Assembly (NCBI GenBank): GCA_977030845.1
Contig: OZ365113.1
Coordinates: 11,966,001 to 12,030,000 of the forward strand
DNA: 64,000 nucleotides
Source: Fimbriosthenelais zetlandica
Lineage: Eukaryota
Reading direction: 5' to 3'
The notes under the pieces were generated by a model that was not told where the DNA came from, ran no database searches, and saw nothing but the letters and a program-made list of their open reading frames with translations. The position numbers and the translations under genes are program-made. Below are positions 55,206-64,000 of this stretch, piece after piece; the first letter of the stretch is position 1; each line of letters begins with the position of its first letter.

Positions 55206-56407
55206 GATTTTAGCAAGCATCCCTTTTGCATGACGTTGAGCAAAGCGACGAGATTGCCTCAGTTTTTAATTAAAACACTCAATAATAGCCGTGCAAATGA
55301 TAAATTCACGAATTGCATTATTTCTGCTATTCAGAAATGTTCGGCTATTTGTGAGATATAGATAGTTGTAGTGAAGCTGTACTGATGATAGGGGGTCCGG
55401 TTTTTGACCAGGGTTATCAATATTCATACTAGCTTCTCGTGATAACGCCCTCTTCATCTTGCCACCGAACAACAGCGTAGAGCTAACCTATCCATTGCCT
55501 TATTATTGACTCTGAAATGGCTCTAAATGATGGATCTCTAGCCCCATCTGGTCAATTTTGTGTGAAAGATCCCCGAGGATTAAAGAATTCTCCAAACAAG
55601 CGACTCTGACACTTCCGGACCGCAGGAGATCATAGTCTGTGATAAACAACCAAAGAAAGAATTCGTGATTAGAATTATTCTACAATTTCTCTTCTTAACC
55701 CACCAAATTTACGTTCCATTTGTAGTGGAAGTGTATCACATAGATTTGATTACACTTGTGGATCTGTTATTTGACTTATTCCCATAGGTCACTGGATGTT
55801 TGCCTAGGAAACGCCGAGGTGCATTGTTCCGCTGAATTGCCTATGAATAATTGAATTGGGATCTCTGATGTTGTATTCACTCTGGTCATTTTCTCATAAT
55901 ATTATTAATCTGGGGATCTGGATAAATTCATGAATCACGCTAGCTTTTTTCGAAGACTTAACTATACATCTCCAATGATAGATCCGAAATTTACCATTTA
56001 TAATTATACTTAACACCATTGGAATCATTATAAGCTCATGCAGAATATGTTGACACTTTCAATCAATGTAATGCGTGGGAGAAACGAAAAAAATATATAA
56101 TTAAAAGGTGTATTAATAAAATATAATTTTATGACCTCAATTTGCTCACTTCCAAGAGTGGTTAGTGCATTAGTGACATTCTGCTGTATGGAAATTAAAG
56201 GCAGTTACAAATACACGAGGGAATCACAGTTGGCAAAAATCTGTAATCCAAAAATCGGTGTCTGAACAAATCACTGCATAATTACGAGGCCCCAGCAGGC
56301 CAACACATCCCTTTACAGCCCAGTTTGGCTAAAGCACTCCCTTTGAGTTGGCTTATTTCAGACAAAGCATTAAATCTGTCTTGTTTATTGCAGTAGGCAA
56401 TTTAAGA

Positions 56408-56483
56408 GATGTTGAGAGTTGGAATGAGTTCGCAGTGGGTGTCCGTCTGTGACAAGAATTGGGAGGACAACCAGGCAAATTGA
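56408..56483 (+). pseudogene. Possible decayed SRCR (scavenger receptor cysteine-rich) exon fragment
   Basis: The frame containing 56436 reads QWVSVCDKNWEDNQAN*, matching the SRCR pattern W-x-x-V-C-D-x-x-W-x4-A. There is an in-frame stop at 56481-56483, and the expected VVC..LG is absent. Confidence 0.3.
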
Positions 56484-58084
56484 TTGGATTACTACCTTAC
56501 AAGAAGCAGGCCCTCACTAGTGGAGATGTCCCCTGTAAGTTGATTGTCGCTGCCATCTCTTCATTCCCACCTTTTTGCCTTACCTCTGACAACATGTTTT
56601 AACAGTACGAATGGCAGCAACCCTGTCTTTACCCTGGCAGCAGGCATTGTACATTCACAACACATGTGTTTAATATTTATTGGGTATAAGGGGTTGGTAT
56701 ACTGAAGTATTGTCTTCAGGGTATGGAGTATGTTCAACGTATATATCATAGATGTATGTTTACACTATGAACAGGATCAAACACTGTAATCCCACTAGAG
56801 GCCATGAATCCTATAAGAGGCTGCAGCTCAAAGACCTACTATATAAAATGACGCCAATCTTGAGAGTTGTCGGTCGGCTCTAATGTTGCCATACTAAGTT
56901 GCACGTCTGATCCTACCAAGTTATTAATTGAGAAAGTTTTCATGTTCCATGCAAAAGCAGATCGACATTGCCTCTACCATAAAAGAGAACTGTCTCACTT
57001 TCGAGTCTGATGGACTTGTCCATATCCTTGACCACTAGCACCGGAAGCTACTGGACTCCCCCCCTCCTTATTAGACCACTTTAGCTTCGAGGACCTTGCA
57101 TGCCAGAGGTGCATTCAAACTACAGTGTGAGGAAATGGAGATGGTTATACAATATACCAGAGTTCCTGGCATATCCATCTGTGGAGAATATGCTTTAACT
57201 GTCTAAAATAGCTCAAGCACAAAAGTCACTCAGATCGAGCATAGTGTCATGTATAGTGGGCAACGGGATGTTCTCAGTGGGGTACACTTTTGGAATCAAT
57301 CTGGAATTAAAAAGTCTTTTCGTTTATTATCTTTCCTAATCAAACACATCGAACGGCAAATCTTTAAGCGACTAGGACAGCCAACTTTTATTCCCATTTC
57401 AATATCAATACCAAAGCACACCACCGAAAACTAATCTTCCCTCTGCCATTTGTTGATTTGATAGAGGACTTTTTTGATGTAAAAGATTCGTTCCTTTCTG
57501 ACTTGATTCTATATCCAGTACAATTCCTAATCATTGATTCTAAAGCTGTAATCTTTTCCAGTGTGATTGTTAAATGAATCTAAATTCATTTTCTGATGTT
57601 CAGTAGTGCCTAGACCTTTAATTGTATCATCCATCTATCTCCTTCGAAAATATGTTTTTTTTCTATTGGTAGTCTTATTATGTCAATGTCACTGGCATAA
57701 TTTCCAAATGCAGGGATCTTTTTAGTCTCAAACGCTTCATGCTCCTTTGTTACTTGCTGCATTCAGGGATTGTGATTTGTTACCAGTTTGGATTTTTTCG
57801 CCGGAGAAAAATCATCCACGAGTTGTCAAAACTGTCCTGTGAGGTCCAATCGCTGGATGAGAAACTCCCAGCGAACACGAAACAAATGCCGTAATTAGTT
57901 GCCAAGCCCCTGGCACCAACATTTGTCTTTTGGCTGGGGATGCCCCTTGCCGGGTCCTTGGATGGATGACGGGGTATAATGGAGAAGGACCTCCTTCTTT
58001 GGCTCTTGTACCAACTACTATTGATCGGTGTTAAATGCAAGGGTTGCTAATCTCCGTGTGGTTAGTGTCTTCCAATGTGTCCAT

Positions 58085-58220
58085 TGATTGACGTATATGA
58101 TGACCAATGGCCAATTGTTTTATGTAAGGCAGACACTAACCACTCAGCCTATAGCCGCCTCTGATCTTATTAAATGGCGCTGCGACGTGAGGCGCATAGC
58201 GATATAATACCGCGGGGGTA
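58085..58220. promoter_or_regulatory. Promoter-like cluster (CRE-like, tandem CCAAT, YY1-like, CpG-rich)
   Basis: ttgacgta 58088-58095, CCAAT at 58104 and 58111, aaatggcg 58172-58179. About 8 CpG in 58150-58220. Confidence 0.4.
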
Positions 58221-61163
58221 TATATACTGCCCTCAAACAACTTATATACAATCACAGTATATTATGGGTTTAAAGACTGATTCCATGGTCCAAGGGTGGT
58301 GGGAATGCATTGGCGAGAAGCTGATATTGCAATGCCAATTATTTAAATTATCAATAATCTTATCATCATCATATTATTTACATATCAATCTTATATTTAT
58401 CATGGGAGCCACAATGCAAACTGTTTAATATTTGAAAGTCATTCTGATACTTGGACCCTTTGCGCATAATGACACAATTCATGCCATGCAAAATTAGTCA
58501 TTATGCACAAGAGTTTGTTCTCGACACAATCTTGAGGAATTGACTGAGATAAAATACAATGACATTTCAAACATTAATAAGCGATAAATCTTCAGCTCGG
58601 TTGGCAAGAGCTATGAACTGCCTTAATGAACCAACTTGGAATCCTTCGTCTTCTCTATTTTCAAAGTGTGGGAAGTCAGTCATGAGGAAGATTTATTTCA
58701 ATTTCTCAAACATGAATCTGCACATTACAAATTCAAAGTATGGTCTGCACTAAAAATTTCAGCGCATAAAATACCCAAGTTAAAGGCGGGTGAAATATTT
58801 CCTGATTCCTGTTTATTCTGAAAGAAAGGTTAAAGCAATCAAAATTCCATACAAGCAAATAACATTCTCCGAAATCCTTCACCATTCAATGGTTATAAGC
58901 CGACGTGCAAACGTAAAAAACAAGTTAAAACTTTCAAGCACTTAAATTGCCTTTCAAGGTGATGGAGCTTTCGGATCGTGTGAAAGTCTCAGGTTGTTCC
59001 ATGGGGCAATAAAGGCCCGCATGCAGAAATCTGGTCCATTTGAGAAATTAACGACACTGAAGTGGGGGAAGCTTTTGCCAGGCTGTTTTCTGTTCATGAG
59101 AATTCCAGTCAGAAGTCTAAGGCCTAGTTAAGTTTGGTTTATGGTTGGCTATATACGAGGGGATCAGCTGCTTGCTTCAAGTGCCTTTGTCAAAAGGAGA
59201 TGTTGGAGGTAGGGGCAAGTGTACATGGTCCTGTGTTTCTCCTAATTGTCTCATTTGAGACAGGCACAGGCAAGGTGAAGGAAGTGATGCTGAAGACTGT
59301 GAAAAGGGGCCATGGAGGACGGCCATGCACTGATAGTCTGCCTCCTCCAGTGCCCTCCTGGGCCTCAGTTTGTAGGCTATTCACGGGGTGGTGTGGAGGT
59401 AGGATGGGAAGACATGTCTTCCTAACAGTGACCAGCATAACAAACACCCTGCTAGACCAACTTTCTACCCATACTAGTATTTGTGAAGGTAATTAATCAA
59501 ACCTCCTCTCCAACCTTTTATTACTATGTGGATTATACATAAAAGGCCAATGTCACACTGTTTAGCACCCCACTTGGGTCACCCCTTGAAGCCTTACGCC
59601 AAATTTCATTGGCAATGAAATAAGATTTCTCTTTCTTTCCTTTTTCATAACATTGGCTTAGCGGGACCCAAGGATTATGATTCCCCTCGAATTACTGTTT
59701 TAGCAGATAGGCATGAATGTCTCGTATTGCCTGGGGGTGATTCCTGGCTGCCTATCTTCTGTCCCACCACCCTGCATCAGACACTCGTGATGTTGGTTAT
59801 TCTAGTATAAGGAATATAAAGTGTTGCTTAAATGCATTGGTGGCCAAACAATCAATTAGCTGGATTGATCGCCCATCTAGAATGCATTAGTCATTCATAT
59901 CGCTCTGAAGCAAAAATGTCCATAAAGTACCAAAATATTGAAGATAAATGAGAGCACTTTACACTCATAGGCGAACGCCGGGGTTTACTTCTCATTTTCA
60001 ACAAATAAAACTGATATTTTTATCTTGAAAGTCCATGGAGGTTACAAGCAATGAATCAAGCACCTTGCCTTTCGTTTATAGATGAAGCATGCCCCAGGAA
60101 AGTGCTTAATATTAATTTTTATTTTACAAAGATTTGAAATGAAATCCATACAGTTGAATTACCTAATCCTTCACAAACATGACCTTCACGAAGAATACGT
60201 TTTAGTAAGTTGACATCAGGGAAACTTGTATCCACGATTGATTCTCAAACAAAACTACGGTTATAGGATTCTATGTCATAATTAAAGTCTAAAATTTTCC
60301 GCTCTCCTCCCTCATCAAAATGATTTTCTTTGCATGGAAATTGTTTAAATCGATAACTAATCCGATGTATTTCATGGTTTTGCCCTGCATGGGAGTGACA
60401 ATGAAAGCGGAAAAGTAGCCCACTGGCCATTTTTAATGCACACTCCGAGAAGAACCAGAATCCACTTTATGATTTGCCATCAAAGGGCATTATTGTCAAT
60501 TTAAACAGCTCCCAGCTTAATCCAACTGCATTGCAAAAGTAATTAATTCCGACAAAGGCAGAGGGGATGGAGATAAAAGGGTCCTTTTTGGTGTCAAGTG
60601 GATGTCAGAGTGTTGTATTTAGGTGTTCATTCTGTTATTTGTCACTTCGTGAATCTACTTGGCAATTATTGTTTCTTCTTCACTCACTCGAGTGACTGCA
60701 AAATGAACAGAGGAGATAAAAGCAAAAGCAGATAATGTTCTCCCGTTTGAATATAAGCATAGAGAAAGTGATGCAGTGTCTCATGAAGAGGGTTTTTCTG
60801 CTGGCTCTAGCTTTCGGAATTAGATTTTTTAAATAGAAAAACACATTATACATGAGCTTAGGTTAATTTAATCAGCTAACTAGACAAGCATAATCCTTAA
60901 GTTTAGCGTAATTTAATCAGGTCACGTGATTGAATGGTCTGGCTGGTTAGAGGTTGGGTGGGTTGGGGCGTGTGTTGTGGGTATACTTTTTTTTAGTTAG
61001 AATTTTTATAGAGCCTGTTATGGGTGAATACCAGCTCACACTCTTGATTACTCAAATTACTACATTGCCTTCTGTGCAATGGATATTTCTAGGTGCATGT
61101 GCTCTACAACATATATATGTACAACGCACCAACACCATGAGGAGGGAGGCAATGGAAATGCTT

Positions 61164-61255
61164 TGGACAGCTCGGGGGGTTGAACCGCCGACCCTTCGAT
61201 CATTGGTAAACCACCCTGTATGAGCTGGCGCTCTAACCAACTGAGCTAACTCCCC
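61164..61255 (-). mobile_element. Degenerate tRNA-derived sequence (tRNA-type SINE head or tRNA pseudogene)
   Basis: The minus strand reads GGGGAGT-TA-GCTC-AGTTGGTTA-GAGC, an intact D arm and Pol III A box. A B-box-like GGTTCAACCCC follows. The acceptor stem partly pairs (GGGGAGT/GCTGTCC+A). The anticodon arm does not pair and is about 19 nt too long, and the T stem has mismatches, so this is not a functional tRNA. Confidence 0.75.
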
Positions 61256-61258
61256 TCC

Positions 61259-61329
61259 CAACAGGGTACAGAAAATGGGGGTACATATATATATATTATA
61301 TATTGCCATCCATGTTCTGTACCCTGTTG
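61259..61329. repeat. Short inverted repeat / foldback (20 bp arms, 19/20 match, AT-rich spacer)
   Basis: caacagggtacagaaaatgg (61259-61278) and ccatgttctgtaccctgttg (61310-61329) are reverse complements with one mismatch. The spacer contains (TA)n. Confidence 0.85.
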
Positions 61330-63187
61330 ATTGCCAGTCATTACCATAATACGCCTAGAATTCCTGTAATTATACGGAATTTTGCTTTATTCCATTATTG
61401 TAGCCCTAAAAATGTGTAGCCATAAAAATGTGTTAGTTCTGCCTTCTTATGTACTAGTATAATGTTAGCGATGCTGGCCTCTGGGACATTAGAAGCACTC
61501 TATCGGCCAGTGTTTTGATAAGGCCTTGCCCAGCCGAGCGATGAGACAAGGAGAAGGATATAATCTGATAGATAAGGAGAAAAGAACACGGTGCTGATAG
61601 CTAAAGAAAGGTCAGGTGTGATGGTATTCCCGGCAAGGCTGTTCCCGGTTTCCTGCTCAAGTAAAAAGAATCTGTATCTAGCTTCCCTGATTCTATCAAA
61701 TTTATCTCTATAGAGATTGATATATATCATCAATTAATATTCGACATATCGCATCCCTATATCCTGAATCTCGATATTGTTAAAAGGGGATTAATTTGCA
61801 GTGAATTGATGGAACAAGTTCTGGCATGTTGCCCTGAAGGAATATGAACATCTTGTCTCAAAAAGGAAGTACAAGTAAATTTATACTTATAAATTTCCTT
61901 TGAGATTACTCAATGAACAATCACTTGCATGTTGGGTCCACATCCTAGGAAAATGGTCAAAGATTATACATTTTCCCCGGTTGTTACACATGATGAAAGG
62001 AGAATTTTGGGTTCCACGTGAATAGTTTTATTAATAGGAATGCATCAGTGCATGTGTGGCATTAAAGCAAGGCACTTCATATTGTCCCAAGTTTGATGCA
62101 TGTGTTGTAAAAGCCCCTGAGAAAAATCAATATTAGCTTTCAATAAGTGATGTGTTCATATTAATTCAGAAATTTCGCACAGCGCCTCATTGAATGCCAG
62201 CATATTAGGCTGCACCTCAGGGAGAAATCAGGCGGGCTCTTTCATTTCGACATCGTGACAATTTTGTTATCATAATCAATGGTTGTACGCAGTATATACA
62301 AATACTGCCTGTGTTCATTTTGATAAATCGTAGTTTTGCATGATCAATGTATAAGGACCCATGTATCCATATAATGAGAATCATTTTTCTCTAAAGCAAG
62401 ACTTAGTATACATGTTGTGCTTCCCTATTTAAACACATATTCACTAACTCATTTAAAACAATTTAAAGTCTTTAGATATTCAGCATTATTCCAGTCCTCA
62501 CTGATTCATGGAAAATTCCAATTCTAAACTCTAGAAGTAAACGTTCACAGAAGATGGTGAACTTGTACTGTAGAGGAACAGTTCTACTTCTAGTCGGGAA
62601 GCTGACAGGTCCCTTTCAAGGTCAGACCTTGCATTTCTTGCTGATATGGCCGGGGGATGTAATAGACCTGGGGACATCCAAACCTAAATTAGATTCTAAA
62701 TGGTCAGTCGATTCCGGCCTGTGCCAGTCGGCTCTAGTCAGGCACGCCCAGCCTGGCCACTTTTCCATCCCGATTTGATAGGAGCAACTGGAGGCATGCG
62801 ATGCTGGTTTCCTGTCCACTGAGAAAACTCCACCATACACATTAAGTCCAGCCTTAGTTGGTCAAGCCATGCAGTCCTTCGGTTGCAGCAAGTACAGTCT
62901 ATCAAACTGCTGTTGAGCCAGACCTCGAGTGGACATCCCTGGTGAGCAATGTACGAATCAAACCTCTACTTCATGAAGTCACGCATACGACAATACACGT
63001 TAAAAGACGGTAATCTTGCCATGTCTTGCAAGCCATGGTCTCGTCTCACGAGGTGATTGAGAACTCGTTCCCCACAACTTGTAGGCTGGTAGACAGGGTA
63101 CCATGTTTTCAGAGCAGTTTGCATGTCCCTGGAAAAAGCTTCATACCCGTTGGGCATGGCCAGAATTGGCACAATTTGCATTGAGGT

Positions 63188-63206
63188 GGGGGGGGGGGGG
63201 GGGGGG
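63188..63206 (+). repeat. G19 homopolymer (G-quadruplex-capable)
   Basis: Uninterrupted run of 19 G read directly. Shorter runs: C10 at 6568-6577 and G11 at 34514-34524. Confidence 0.95.
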
Positions 63207-64000
63207 CGGTGCAGTTAAAGGCCCTGTCGAATGGCAAGAGTAGGCAGTAGGCATAACACTGAAGAAGGAGGAGTATAGGGGGGGACGATCAATCTGTCCT
63301 CCCGGGAGGTCAAGTCCATGGGCCACCATCCGGCCATGGCTGGACCAATTGAATCACGATCACATGTGAGGGGTGGGAGGACTCCACCAGGGAAATTGGA
63401 GGTGGGCCCCACATCCTGAATTCAATTGCTATAGCTGATAAGAAGCAGATACCCGTTTCCCAGCAAGACCAATCAAAACATAAGCAGTTGTATCTCAACG
63501 GTTGCTCCTTTCATAATATCTAGGATATCAGTGGCTAATTAAAAATAACATCATGACATCATACATTATAATTATATTCTCCTTGACTTGACTCAGACTC
63601 ATTTCTTTGTATCGTAGCCAAGTTCGGGCCCCCATAAGGTTGCAAATAGTTGGCACAACTTCATTCCTATCAGGACCTCACACTCAAATTAGGGTGGCGA
63701 ATTCATGAAAATCCCATAGTTGAAGAAAAGTTATTTTCTTTCTGTAGAAGCTATGATCTAGCCTCCATTTAACTTGAACAAATTTATTATTCTAAATATA
63801 TTACTCTATGAATTATACTAAATTCATTATTCTATGAGTTGTTAGGGAGAATATGGAATCGTAGCCAACAAGATGCCCATCCTAAGTCGGTGGGTTTCAG
63901 ACAACTGTTTAAACCTTCACTGTATATGTATGCATTGCGTTCATTCACCAGTCAGCCACACTGGAATTCTCCATGTTGAGTGATTTGCAGACAAATATGG

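Noticed and set aside
55035-55220. ORF with LLESNVTKD repeats; also a possible CRISPR array
   Set aside because: It is the translation of the 27 bp minisatellite. The repeats are contiguous with no unique spacers, there are no cas genes, and the DNA is eukaryotic.
281-63222. Scattered TTAAAGG / CCTTTAA words suggesting Kolobok-type TIR ends (e.g. 281, 12890, 21160, 27960, 47270, 56197, 63215)
   Set aside because: I could not pair any left end with a matching right end.
87-63498. The remaining 60-155 aa ORFs in the track
   Set aside because: No recognisable domains; many use TTG/GTG starts, which are not typical in this eukaryotic context; lengths and compositions fit chance ORFs.

Overview
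AT-rich, intron-containing animal genomic DNA. There is no operon structure, no CRISPR array and no intact transposase or reverse transcriptase. Only one protein-coding gene is well supported: a minus-strand carbohydrate sulfotransferase of the Sulfotransfer_2 family (CHST8-14, CHST11-like). I model it as two coding exons (50708-50528 and 42436-41445, 390 aa) joined across an 8.1 kb phase-1 GT-AG intron. Nearly all other ORFs in the supplied track look like chance or antisense shadows. The remaining sequence is non-coding. It holds a degenerate tRNA-derived (SINE-like) element next to a small foldback, a perfect 27 bp x 4 minisatellite and G/C homopolymers. It also has several CpG-rich promoter-like islands with no visible downstream coding gene (strongest at about 28.3 kb) and a possible decayed SRCR exon. 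I could not demonstrate a new biological system. The best leads are the orphan promoter at 28.3 kb and the tRNA-like/foldback composite at 61.2 kb. All calls were made by eye, with no database searches.
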